Origin: Bacteroidales bacterium
Lineage (GTDB): Bacteria > Bacteroidota > Bacteroidia > Bacteroidales > DTGW01
Assembly: GCA_026416115.1 (NCBI GenBank)
Contig: JAOAFU010000034.1
Span: 1 to 49,018, forward strand
Length of the DNA stretch: 49,018 bases
Direction of reading: 5' to 3'
Shown: piece by piece, positions 1 to 10,100 of the stretch
Layout of the letters: each line of letters starts with the position of its first letter
Position numbering within the stretch: position 1 is the first letter of the stretch
The notes under the pieces: model-generated
Told to the model about the DNA's origin: nothing
The model's database searches: none
What the model saw: the letters and a program-made list of their open reading frames with translations, nothing else
Program-made: the position numbers and the translations under genes

Positions 1-134
1 TACAGTGCAAAAGCCCCTGAAAGTGTAATATGACCCTCTACCGCTCTTTTTTTATGATATTTTGGAGTGGGGCCACATCCTGCCAATAATAACATTGCAG
101 CAATAAGACCATAAATTGAAATCCGGTTTATCAT
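1..134 (-). CDS. pstS: Phosphate ABC transporter substrate-binding lipoprotein, 5' part only (runs off the window)
   Basis: Not in the ORF track. Manual translation from ATG at 134 (in-frame GTG at 143) gives MINRISIYGLIAAMLLLAGCGPTPKYHKKRAVEGHITLSGAFALY. It has a lipobox LAGC and the SGAFALY(P) motif I recognise from Bacteroidota PstS-family proteins. Confidence 0.7.
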   Translation of the reverse strand, partial: MINRISIYGLIAAMLLLAGCGPTPKYHKKRAVEGHITLSGAFAL

Positions 135-595
135 TCTTTTCACATATTAATACCGTAAAAGTAGCTTATGTAATTTTTTTGGAAAATATTTTTTTAAGAA
201 TTATAAACTTTTTTATCTGCAATTATAAAAATCTGTATAGTAAATTGTGAATATGTCTAAAAATACAAAAGCAATGCCAGAGGTTAATAAGTTTCGATGG
301 GATTATTAGCCCAAAATTACTGGCATAGGCGAAGACAATAACAGCAATAATCCAAAGTCTGTTTTACCGCAGAGGGTGCAAGAGGTACTAGCAGAGCTAC
401 GCTGAGGGGAATATCAAAGAACCGTTAGATAAGCAGCCACACGATATCTATAAAAAAAGATACTGGCTTGCTGCATAAAACAAATTTATGGATTTTCTAT
501 GGAAAAATATCTTTCTCAAACAGCTTAAGTAAAAGCTTGCCTAAAAAAGCTTAAAAAAATAGAATTATTAAAGTCACTCCTTATTGTGGGCAAAC

Positions 596-627
596 AAAAA
601 AGCGTAGCTATGAGGCTACGCTTTTTT
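596..627. terminator. Intrinsic terminator downstream of pgi
   Basis: Perfect inverted repeat AAAAAAGCGTAGC-tatgag-GCTACGCTTTTTT, 21 nt past the pgi stop; T-tracts on both strands. Confidence 0.85.
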
Positions 628-648
628 GGGTAGTACAAAATTTATTAC

Positions 649-1998
649 TTACTTTCTCAATTTGTTCAATAATATTTCGGCTTGTGCTTCGTAGCCGGGT
701 TTTTTAAGGAGAGCGAACATGTTGTTTTTGTATGCTTCGACACCAGGCTGGTCGAATGGATTTACTCCAAGCAAGTAGCCACTAATTCCACAAGCTTTTT
801 CGAAGAAATAGAAAAGCTGTCCCAGGTAATATTCGTTCAATCGAGGGATTTCGATTACGATGTTGGGGACACCGCCGTCGACATGAGCCAACAGTGTACC
901 CAGTTCGGCCATTTTGTTCACTTCGTCGACTCGTTTATAGGCGAGGAAATTCAGCCCGTCGAGATTTTCTTTTTCGAAAGGGATGGCCAAATGATTGTCG
1001 GGTTCGGTGATAGAGAGCACTGTCTCGAAAATGATTCGTTCGCCTTCCTGGATATACTGTCCCATCGAATGCAGGTCGGTGGTAAAGGTTACACTGGCGG
1101 GGAAAATACCTTTATTTTCTTTTCCTTCGCTTTCGCCATAGAGCTGTTTCCACCATTCCGATACGTAAACGAGTTTGTTGTGATAATTAGCCAGTATTTC
1201 AATCTTCTTACCCTGTTTGTAAAGGCTATAGCGAGTTGCTGCATATATGGCAGCCGGATTATCCTCGAAACTTTTATCGGGCGATGTAAGTTCTTCCATC
1301 GAACGTGCACCGTCGATCAGTTTTTCGATATCAAATCCTGCAATGGCGATAGGAAGCAGACCCACAGGTGTAAGAACTGAGAAACGCCCCCCAACATCGT
1401 CGGGGATAACGAAGGTTTTGTATCCTTCCTGTGTAGCAAGCTTACGTAAAGCGCCTTTTTGAGCATCGGTGATAGCCACAATTAGATCTTTGGCTTCTTT
1501 TTTACCAACTTTGTTTTCGAGGTGTTCTTTAAGAATACGGAAAGCAATAGCCGGTTCGGTTGTTGTACCCGATTTCGAGATACACACAATGCCGTATTTT
1601 TTATTATTGAGCACATTGAGTAATTCGGCCAGATAGTCTTCGGCAATATTATGTCCGGCAAAAAGTACAAGAGGGTATTCGTTGTTTCGTTGGAACATGT
1701 AAAAAGAATCGGAAAGGGCCTCAATTACAGCTTTTGCACCAAGATAAGAGCCTCCAATACCGATTACTACCACTATTTCGCACTTCTTTTTAAAATTTTC
1801 GGCCACCTTTTTAATATCTTTGAGCTGAGCCGATGAAATGGATGAAGGTAAGTTTACCCAACCCAAAAAATCATTTCCTTTCCCAGTTTTTTCGTGCAGG
1901 GCTTTATTGAATTTTTCGGCATCAGCAGCAAGGGCATAGATGCTTTCTTTACGAACAAAATCAAAAACATTGTCGATGTTGAGCTGAATGGTTTCCAT
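649..1998 (-). CDS. pgi: Glucose-6-phosphate isomerase
   Basis: 449 aa; motifs [56 protein letters not shown]. Confidence 0.97.
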   Translation of the reverse strand: METIQLNIDNVFDFVRKESIYALAADAEKFNKALHEKTGKGNDFLGWVNLPSSISSAQLKDIKKVAENFKKKCEIVVVIGIGGSYLGAKAVIEALSDSFYMFQRNNEYPLVLFAGHNIAEDYLAELLNVLNNKKYGIVCISKSGTTTEPAIAFRILKEHLENKVGKKEAKDLIVAITDAQKGALRKLATQEGYKTFVIPDDVGGRFSVLTPVGLLPIAIAGFDIEKLIDGARSMEELTSPDKSFEDNPAAIYAATRYSLYKQGKKIEILANYHNKLVYVSEWWKQLYGESEGKENKGIFPASVTFTTDLHSMGQYIQEGERIIFETVLSITEPDNHLAIPFEKENLDGLNFLAYKRVDEVNKMAELGTLLAHVDGGVPNIVIEIPRLNEYYLGQLFYFFEKACGISGYLLGVNPFDQPGVEAYKNNMFALLKKPGYEAQAEILLNKLRK

Positions 1999-2014
1999 GG
2001 TGAAATTTGTTATG

Positions 2015-3007
2015 TTATTTTAATTTTTTGGCTAATTCTTTAACTTCTTCGGCTGCGTTGGCATTTTCGTATAATATTCGGTAGACGGTTTCGGCAATTG
2101 GGATTCGAACGTTATATTTCTGATTAATTTCGTAAATACATTTCGAGGCATAATAACCCTCGGCTACCATATTCAGTTCCATCATGGCCGAACGAACCGA
2201 ATATCCTTTACCGATCATATTCCCAAACGTTCGGTTACGGCTAAATTGCGAGTAAGCAGTAACCAGCAGGTCGCCTAAGTAAACCGAATGAAATAAGTGT
2301 CGTTCGCGTTCGAAGAGGCGAGCCAGAAAACGTTCCATTTCGCGAATGGCATTAGAAATATATACGGCCTGAAAATTGTCGCCGTAACCCAGTCCGTGAT
2401 TAATACCTGCCCCCAACGCATAAATATTTTTCAGCACAGCTCCAAATTCGATGCCATAAATATCTGACGAGAGAATAGTTTTAATAAAGGGCGACTTAAG
2501 CAGTGATGCAACACGTTCACCTTGTTCTTCTTCTTCGGCAGCTACTGTGAGGTAGGACAATCGACCCATGGCAATTTCTTCGGCATGGCAAGGACCCGAA
2601 ATTACTCCTACCTGGCTGTAGGTAAGGCTAAACTGCTCCTGAAAGTATTCTGTTACCGTTACATTATCGTCGGGTACAATACCTTTTACAGCACTTACAA
2701 AAAAGCGTCCAGTGAAGTCGATGTCGAGCGTGCCCATAAGATTTTTGATGTAGGCCGAAGGGACTACAAAAATGATTATGGGGGCACTTTCCATGGCGCT
2801 TTTTACATCGTTGTAAAATTCAATTTTTTTGGTGTCGAATTCAATAGAACTAATATACTGGGGGTTGTGACGGTGTTTTTTCAGGTATTCGATTATCTCC
2901 TTTTCGTATATATACCAATGCAGGCGTTTTACATTGCCCGACACAATCTTGGCTAATGCAGTTGCCCAACTTCCGCCTCCGATAATGGCTACTTCTTCGT
3001 ACGACAT
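2015..3007 (-). CDS. gpsA: NAD(P)H-dependent glycerol-3-phosphate dehydrogenase
   Basis: Rossmann [42 protein letters not shown]. Confidence 0.96.
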   Translation of the reverse strand: MSYEEVAIIGGGSWATALAKIVSGNVKRLHWYIYEKEIIEYLKKHRHNPQYISSIEFDTKKIEFYNDVKSAMESAPIIIFVVPSAYIKNLMGTLDIDFTGRFFVSAVKGIVPDDNVTVTEYFQEQFSLTYSQVGVISGPCHAEEIAMGRLSYLTVAAEEEEQGERVASLLKSPFIKTILSSDIYGIEFGAVLKNIYALGAGINHGLGYGDNFQAVYISNAIREMERFLARLFERERHLFHSVYLGDLLVTAYSQFSRNRTFGNMIGKGYSVRSAMMELNMVAEGYYASKCIYEINQKYNVRIPIAETVYRILYENANAAEEVKELAKKLK

Positions 3008-3011
3008 GATT

Positions 3012-5666
3012 TTATATTACTATGTTAACAATTTTACCAGGAACTACTATAACTTTTTTGGGCGACTGTCCATTGAGCCACTTTTGGCTGTCGGGGTGTG
3101 CAAGAACTGTTTTTTCCACCTCATCGGCGGGCATATCTTTTGGTAATTCAATTTCGAATCGACGTTTTCCGTTAAAAGTTATAGCGTAAGTAGTCATTTC
3201 GTCGACAAGGTATTGTGGGTCGGCAATGGGAAAAGGCTCGTAAGCCAACGTTTTGTTGTGCCCTAATATTTGCCATATTTCTTCGGCAAGGTGAGGGGCG
3301 AAGGGCGCAAGGATTTTGGCAAATGTTTCGCCAGTTTGTCGGGTTACTTTTTGTTTTTTAACGCACAGGTTGGTAAATATCATCATTTGCGATATGGCAG
3401 TGTTGAAACGCAAGTTTTCGATATCGTTGCTAACCTTATCGATGGTTTTATGAAGAGTTCGGATTACTTCAATGTCTTCTTCACCTTCGAAATAATTGTT
3501 TAGGTCGGCAAAGAAACGATAGGTTCGGGCCAAAAAGTTGAAAACGCCTTTAACACCTTTTTCGGCCCAAGGTTTTGTAGCATCGAGGGGGCCAAGGAAC
3601 ATCTCGTAAAGGCGAAGTGAGTCGGCTCCATATTGTTGTACTACATCGTCGGGGTTAACAACATTTTTGAGCGACTTCGACATTTTTGCTATGATTTGGC
3701 GTAGGGGTTCTCCTGTTTCTTTATGGTAAAAGTTTCCGTTACGTTCTTCTACCATATCAGAAGGAACTTTAGCGCCTACTTCGTTTTCGTATGCATAGGC
3801 GAGAATCATCCCTTGGTTAAAGAGCTTTTTAAAAGGTTCGTCGGTCGAAACTATTCCAAGGTCGTAGAGCACTTTGTGCCAAAAACGGCTATAAAGCAAG
3901 TGAAGTACGGCATGCTCGGCACCTCCAATGTAGAGGTCTACGGGCATCCAGTATTTTTCAAGATTTTTATCGAAAGGGGCTTTATCGTTTTGAGGGTCGA
4001 TGTATCGTAGATAATACCAACACGAACCAGCCCATTGCGGCATGGTGTTGGTTTCGCGGCGTCCTTTACGGCCATTAGCATCGGTTACATAAAGCCATTC
4101 GGTAGCGTTGGCTAAGGGCGATTCTCCTTCACTGCCTGGTTGGTACTTTTCCAAAACAGGAAGTTCGAGAGGAAGCTCATCATCGTTAAGTAGGCTAATT
4201 TCACCATCTTCCCAGTGAATAACGGGGAATGGTTCGCCCCAATATCGTTGACGGCTGAAAAGCCAGTCGCGAAGCTTATAATTTATAGTTTCCTTACCCA
4301 GTCCATTACTTTCGAGCCAACGAATTACTGTGTCGATTCCCTGCTCCTTGTTCATACCATTGATGTTAAGCCCTTTAGCCTCGTTGGACGAATGAATGTA
4401 AACGCCGTCTTCGGTCCAACAGGCTTCGCCTTTGAGTACTTTCTGGCGCACATCGGGGTCGGCCGCTACAGGATCGAGAATGCATTTGATAGGAATGTGA
4501 TATAACTGAGCAAATTCAAAGTCGCGTTCGTCGTGTGCGGGTACTGCCATAATAGCACCAGTACCATAACCCATAAGTACATAATCGGCAATCCAGATGG
4601 GAATGGGCTGGTCGTTTACAGGATTAATTGCATAACTTCCTGTAAATACCCCTGTTTTTGATTTATTTAGGCTAGTACGATCGAGTTCTGATTTTTTTAT
4701 TGCACCATTTACGTAGGTTTCTACCTGTTGTTGATTTTCGGGCGTGGTAATTTCTTTAACCAAGGGGTGTTCGGGTGCTAGAACCATGTAGGTAGCACCA
4801 AAAAGCGTATCGGGGCGTGTTGTGAATACACGTATAGAAAGAGGTTTGTCCTTAACAGCAAAATCAACTTCAGCGCCGCGGCTTTTACCAATCCAGTTGC
4901 GTTGCATTTCTTTAATTCCTTCGGGCCAGTCGAGTTGATCGAGCCCCGAAAGTAATCGTTCGGCATATAGTGGAATGCGAAGTAGCCATTGTTTAAGCAT
5001 TTTTTGCGTAACAGCATTTCCGCATTTTTCGTGCGAACCATCGGTAAGTACCTCTTCATTGGCACATACAATACGACAATGAGGACAGTACCATACTTTG
5101 GCCTCGCCATAATAGGCCAAACGTTGGCTATCGATATATTTTCGTACCGATTCTTTACCTTGTTTTTGCACTTCTTCGGGAATAGGCAGTTCATTTATAG
5201 GACGACCCTTTTGTTGCTCCTTATCGAACCAAGTGTTGTACAAACGAATAAAAATCCACTGAGTCCATTTGTAGTATTTAGGATCGGTAGTGTTGATCTC
5301 GCGGTCCCAGTCATAACTTAGTCCAAGCATTTTGATTTGACGACGGAAATTGTCGCAGTTCTGCTTAGTAATTACAGCTGGGTGAGTTCCGGTTTGAATA
5401 GCGTATTGCTCGGCAGGAAGTCCAAAAGCATCCCAACCCATAGGGTGAAGAACGTTAAATCCTTTCATCCTTTTGTACCTTGCAACGATATCGGTGGCTG
5501 TATATCCTTCGGGATGACCTACATGCAATCCTGCACCAGATGGGTAGGGGAACATATCCAAAACATAATATTTGGGCAAAGCAGGATTATACTCTGTTTT
5601 GAAAGTTTTGTTCTTTTCCCAGTACAACTGCCACTTGGCTTCGATTTCCCTGAAATTATACTCCAT
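3012..5666 (-). CDS. leuS: Leucine--tRNA ligase
   Basis: [14 protein letters not shown] (HIGH), editing-domain TTRPDT and [20 protein letters not shown]. Start moved from 5822 to ATG 5666 (MEYNFREIE), because a TACTTTTG promoter element lies just upstream of it. Confidence 0.97.
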   Translation of the reverse strand: MEYNFREIEAKWQLYWEKNKTFKTEYNPALPKYYVLDMFPYPSGAGLHVGHPEGYTATDIVARYKRMKGFNVLHPMGWDAFGLPAEQYAIQTGTHPAVITKQNCDNFRRQIKMLGLSYDWDREINTTDPKYYKWTQWIFIRLYNTWFDKEQQKGRPINELPIPEEVQKQGKESVRKYIDSQRLAYYGEAKVWYCPHCRIVCANEEVLTDGSHEKCGNAVTQKMLKQWLLRIPLYAERLLSGLDQLDWPEGIKEMQRNWIGKSRGAEVDFAVKDKPLSIRVFTTRPDTLFGATYMVLAPEHPLVKEITTPENQQQVETYVNGAIKKSELDRTSLNKSKTGVFTGSYAINPVNDQPIPIWIADYVLMGYGTGAIMAVPAHDERDFEFAQLYHIPIKCILDPVAADPDVRQKVLKGEACWTEDGVYIHSSNEAKGLNINGMNKEQGIDTVIRWLESNGLGKETINYKLRDWLFSRQRYWGEPFPVIHWEDGEISLLNDDELPLELPVLEKYQPGSEGESPLANATEWLYVTDANGRKGRRETNTMPQWAGSCWYYLRYIDPQNDKAPFDKNLEKYWMPVDLYIGGAEHAVLHLLYSRFWHKVLYDLGIVSTDEPFKKLFNQGMILAYAYENEVGAKVPSDMVEERNGNFYHKETGEPLRQIIAKMSKSLKNVVNPDDVVQQYGADSLRLYEMFLGPLDATKPWAEKGVKGVFNFLARTYRFFADLNNYFEGEEDIEVIRTLHKTIDKVSNDIENLRFNTAISQMMIFTNLCVKKQKVTRQTGETFAKILAPFAPHLAEEIWQILGHNKTLAYEPFPIADPQYLVDEMTTYAITFNGKRRFEIELPKDMPADEVEKTVLAHPDSQKWLNGQSPKKVIVVPGKIVNIVI

Positions 5667-5686
5667 TGCTTTTGTTTTTGAGAGAG

Positions 5687-5694
5687 CAAAAGTA
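5687..5694 (-). promoter_or_regulatory. Bacteroidota -7 promoter element (TAnnTTTG) for leuS-gpsA-pgi
   Basis: Minus strand TACTTTTG, 20 nt upstream of ATG 5666. Confidence 0.6.
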
Positions 5695-5936
5695 AAAAAC
5701 TTTGTTTTAACCCAAAGGTCTGAATAAAAACTTTTTATTGTGGTCGGAATGTTTTGACAGACTTTCTTTGAAAGTGATTTCGTCGACACAACAACTGGTG
5801 TGTCACGAGCATCCCCCTTCATTAAAATGATTATATGACCAACCTATTAAGGTTCTCGTCGGTTGATTAGTAATCAAATTCAAAGGGTGTAGGGATAGCT
5901 TCAAAATATACTTACCTACTACCCAAAACGATTTAG

Positions 5937-7139
5937 TTAGCAAGCCATTTCACCCGCATTTTTCTTAGCCGAAAGCAGCGAATAAGCTCCTTTTGTTACC
6001 ACTTTAGCCGACTTATAGTCGAAACCTTCGGGAAGTATAATTTGGGTATATCGACCATCGGAAACGCCTTTTTGAACCTCTACCATACGATACTCGGTAA
6101 ATAAGCGGCCATTTTCGGTTTTATTTTTTTCTACAACAAAGATGTAATATTTGTCGTTGAAAGAAACAATTGCCTCAGACGGAACGGCTGTAGTCTTCAT
6201 TTTCGACGACTCGATGACGGCGTTTACATACATTCCTGGCAAAATGTTTTTGCAACGATCGTTTACCATTGCGTAGATTTTAAAAGTTTTATCTGCACCA
6301 ATCGACTTATCGGTCTGTATTACTGTAGCATTGTGTTGTTCTGCTTCACTGTTGGTAGAGAAAATCACGCGGTTTCCAGTATTTATTTTCTCAACATCTT
6401 TTTCAAATATTACCAATTCGAGCATCAGATGGTCGCTATTGATGATCTCGAACAAGACATCGGTAGGCGAGACAGATTTGCCAATATTTACGTATACTGA
6501 TTTGACAAAGCCATTCATTGGGGAAAGTACTTCGAAAGAACTTTTGATATTATCTTCGTTAAGACGGAGAGGATCAACTCCTATAAGTCGAAGCTTTTGC
6601 TCCAGTGCTTTTACTTGAGCTTTAAGGCTCTTATAATCAGAAGTAATTTGCTGTATATTTTTCTGCGAATATACTTCTTCGCGAAATAGTTCGCTGTGGC
6701 GTTTATATTCGGCTTCGGCAAAATCGTATCGGCTTTTGGCTTCGAGATAGTTTTGCTGTAAGTCGATAAATTCCTGACTTTCGATTATGGCCAATAATTG
6801 ACCTTTTTTTACAGGATTACCTGGTAACAGATTCACCGATTTGACGAATCCACTTAACGGAAGACTTATCGAAGCTAAATTTTGAGGCGTGACCCCTACG
6901 GTACCACTTGCTTTAATTGTAGTACTCATCAGCAACATTTCGATACGACCTGTATCTATCTCTGCGATTTTTTGCTGGTCATCGCGTAGCTCTACAATAT
7001 CTTCGGGAAGAGTCTCATGTGTTCCATGTTCTTCATGTTCGTGCTCTTCGTGTTGGTGATTGGATACATGATTGCTTTGACATGATATTAATACTGCCGA
7101 AAAAATAATTGCTATGATTTTTAAAATATTTGTTTTCAT
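5937..7139 (-). CDS. Heavy-metal RND efflux periplasmic adaptor (CzcB-like lipoprotein)
   Basis: Lipobox LISC, His-rich N-terminus HVSNHQHEEHEHEEHGTHE, lipoyl-like half motifs flanking a helical hairpin, LPGMYV; 10 nt downstream of the RND gene. Confidence 0.9.
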   Translation of the reverse strand: MKTNILKIIAIIFSAVLISCQSNHVSNHQHEEHEHEEHGTHETLPEDIVELRDDQQKIAEIDTGRIEMLLMSTTIKASGTVGVTPQNLASISLPLSGFVKSVNLLPGNPVKKGQLLAIIESQEFIDLQQNYLEAKSRYDFAEAEYKRHSELFREEVYSQKNIQQITSDYKSLKAQVKALEQKLRLIGVDPLRLNEDNIKSSFEVLSPMNGFVKSVYVNIGKSVSPTDVLFEIINSDHLMLELVIFEKDVEKINTGNRVIFSTNSEAEQHNATVIQTDKSIGADKTFKIYAMVNDRCKNILPGMYVNAVIESSKMKTTAVPSEAIVSFNDKYYIFVVEKNKTENGRLFTEYRMVEVQKGVSDGRYTQIILPEGFDYKSAKVVTKGAYSLLSAKKNAGEMAC

Positions 7140-7149
7140 AATTCTCAGT

Positions 7150-10100
7150 TTAAAAAAGTTTACCTGTTATAAATTCAAGAGAAATAATGGTTTGGTTATA
7201 ATTATAGAGCGCAGTTAAGTAATTGTGTTTAATGTCTAATGCACGATCAATGCTTTGAAGGTAATCGATATAATCCAACTCGCCGGCTTTGTAGCTTAGT
7301 GTTGCCTGTTCGATGATTTGATTGGCCTGAGGTATTGCTACATTTTCGAAGTACAATACGCTGTTACGATATTTATAAAATTCGTTTGTTAAATGTTTAT
7401 ACTCACTAACTAACTTTCGTTCAAAGTACTCGGCGTTTGTTTGAGCAGCCATCTCCTTCATTTTTGCAGCTTTTGTTCTTGCTGTGTATGGGGTAAACCA
7501 AAGAGGAATGGCCAATCCAACCTGCCATCCATAAAATCGATCGGCCGGTCCAAATGAGCGAGAAATACCATTAACTTCTTGTATACCTTTCATTGTTTGG
7601 CTGAAATAACCAATTGTTATCTCGGGTAGCATACGACTGCGCTCGATTTTTTTCTCCATTGCAGCTATTTCGGCTTGTTTGAGCATGAGCGCGTTGGAAG
7701 GATTGCTCATAACCAACCCCGAATCGGAAACCTCTATATATTCGAGACGAGACAGGGCCGTATCTGCAGGTACAATACTGGCATTAATGTTAAGTAAAAC
7801 TTGCAATTTTTGATTCAAGGCTGATAGTTCAAATATTAGCTGTTGTAGCTCGTTTTTAATCTGCAGGCTTTGCGATCGGGCAGTCAATAGTTCCAATTTG
7901 TTTGTTTCGCCAGTTCTTACCCTTATTTCGACTGATTTTAATAAGCCTGAATAGAGGCTATCTTGATAAATAAGTAATTTTTGTTTAGAGAGTAAATATA
8001 CCCACTCCCAGTAAAGCTGTTTAACTTGAGTTGCAATTTCGAGTTTGGATATTTCGTGCTGCCACTCAGCATTCGAAATTTGAGCTTTTGCAAGTTTGTT
8101 TTGATAAATGTAAACGGTAGGAAAAGCAAAAGTTTGCGAAACAGTTATACTATTATCTTTTTCGATAGAATTGAATTGTCCGTACTGCAACTCAATCGAT
8201 GTTTTAGGAATATCCCACGAGGCTTTTTTAAGCCACTTTTGTTCATCGATTGCATAGGCCGAAGAGCGTATAGCCAAGTTACTATCGATGGCCAAACGTA
8301 CAGCTTGCTTAGCATCTATTATAATAACCTCTTTTTGTTGTGATTTAATATCAATGGAAAATATGGTTAAACAAAAGATGCCAATCGTAAGAGTTTTGAA
8401 AATTCTTTTTCGAAGGATTTTTCGAAACGAACGTGTTGAGAATATTGTGTATAAGACGGGAAGAACTACAAGGGTGAGCAATGTAGCCGATATAAGTCCG
8501 CCAATTACCACGGTAGCTAAAGGTTTCTGGACTTCGGCACCTGCCGATGTAGAAAGAGCCATGGGTAAAAATCCCAGCGAAGCTACGGCGGCCGTCATGA
8601 TAACAGGACGTAACCGGTTGTTAACGCCTTTCTTAACTCGTTCTAGTACATCGCTAATCCCTTCTTTCTCGAGACGATTAAATTCGGCAATAAGTACAAT
8701 ACCGTTGAGTACAGCTACACCGAACAAGGCAATAAATCCAATGCCAGCCGAAATTGAAAAATTCATTCCGCGTACCCATAATGCCAGAATTCCTCCAATA
8801 GCCGATAAAGGAACAGCTGTAAAAATCAGCAGGGTTTGCTTTACCGAATAGAAAGCAAAATAGAGTAGGATGAAAATGAGCAATAGTGCTACGGGAATTG
8901 CAATGGATAACCTTTGTTTTGCTGCTTCAAGATTTCGGAACTGTCCGCCATAATCGACATAATAACCTACTGGGAATTTGATTTGTTTTTCAATTTTTTG
9001 AGTAACCTCTGCAATAACGCTTTCGACATCTCTGTTTCTGACATTAAATCCAATGGTAAGCCTACGTTTTGTATTTTCGCGCGAGACCTGTGCTGGCCCC
9101 GATTTAATTTCAATATTGGCAATTTGATCGAGGAAAATCTGACCGCCTTGATGTAAGGCAACTGTGATATTTTTCACATCGTCGATACTTTTACGAAAAT
9201 CTTTATCGTAGCGCACCACCAATGCAAATCTTTTTTCCCCCTCGTATATAATTCCTGCTTCGCTGCCGGCAAAAGCAGCTCGTAATATCTTATTAACTTC
9301 AGTAACCGAAAGGCCATACTGTGCTAAGCGATCACGAATAAGCTCTACCTGTATTTGAGCCAATCCTGTTACTTTTTCCACATTTATATCCTCTACCCCA
9401 TCGATATCGACGATAAGTTGTTCGACCTTTTCGCCCAGTTCAGCTAAAGTATTCAGGTCGTCGCCAAAAATTTTTATGGCTACATCCTGTTTTGAGCCCG
9501 AAAGCAGTTCGTTGAAACGCATTTGAATTGGTTGTTGAAATTCGAATTTGACCCCCGCTAAAGGTATCAGTGCTTCTTCCATTTTGGCTATCAGTTCTTC
9601 TCTCGATTTTGCACTTACCCATTCGTCCTTGGGTTTTAGAGTAATAATGTAATCGCCGGTTTCCATGGGGGTAGGGTCGGTAGGGATTTCGCCGGCGCCA
9701 ATTTTGCAAACAGTATGTTTTATTTCGGGGAAATTTGCCAGTAATATTTTGTTTGCCTTCTTAACTTGTTCAATGGTATTCGTAAGCGAACCACCCTGAA
9801 GCGTAATAACGCCGGCAGCTAAGTCGCCCTCTTCGAGTTGTGGAATAAATTCGCCACCAAGCCGGCTAAAAATTACCAGGCTAAGTAATAACATAGCAGT
9901 AGCAGCAGCGACGACCACCAGTTTGTTTTTCAACGAAAAGCCGAGTATAGGTTGGAAAGCGCGATTGATTCCAGCCATTATACGGTCGGACAGTTTGTTA
10001 CGTCGGTTTGTTTCTCTGCTCAAAAAAACGGCAGAAGCAGCGGGAACATAGGTAAGCGAGAGAAGAATAGCACCAATCAAGGCAAAAGAGACAACTTGAG

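Noticed and set aside
160-260. Possible Pho box upstream of pstS (AATTATAAA repeated at a 22-nt spacing, 199 and 221)
   Set aside because: Very AT-rich context and poor match to the CTGTCAT-type 11-bp repeat; cannot be distinguished from chance.
682-1380. 232-aa plus-strand ORF, and the many other antisense/alternate-frame ORFs inside long genes
   Set aside because: They lie wholly within well-supported genes and show no recognisable motifs; they are best explained as shadows of codon bias.
5667-5822. 52-aa N-terminal extension of LeuRS in the ORF track
   Set aside because: The recognisable protein begins at MEYNF (5666), and a promoter element lies inside the extension.
5885-5924. Imperfect inverted repeat GGGTGTAGG...CCTACTACCC after the efflux adaptor gene
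   Set aside because: Long loop, bulged stem and weak T-tract; it may be a terminator but is not well enough supported.
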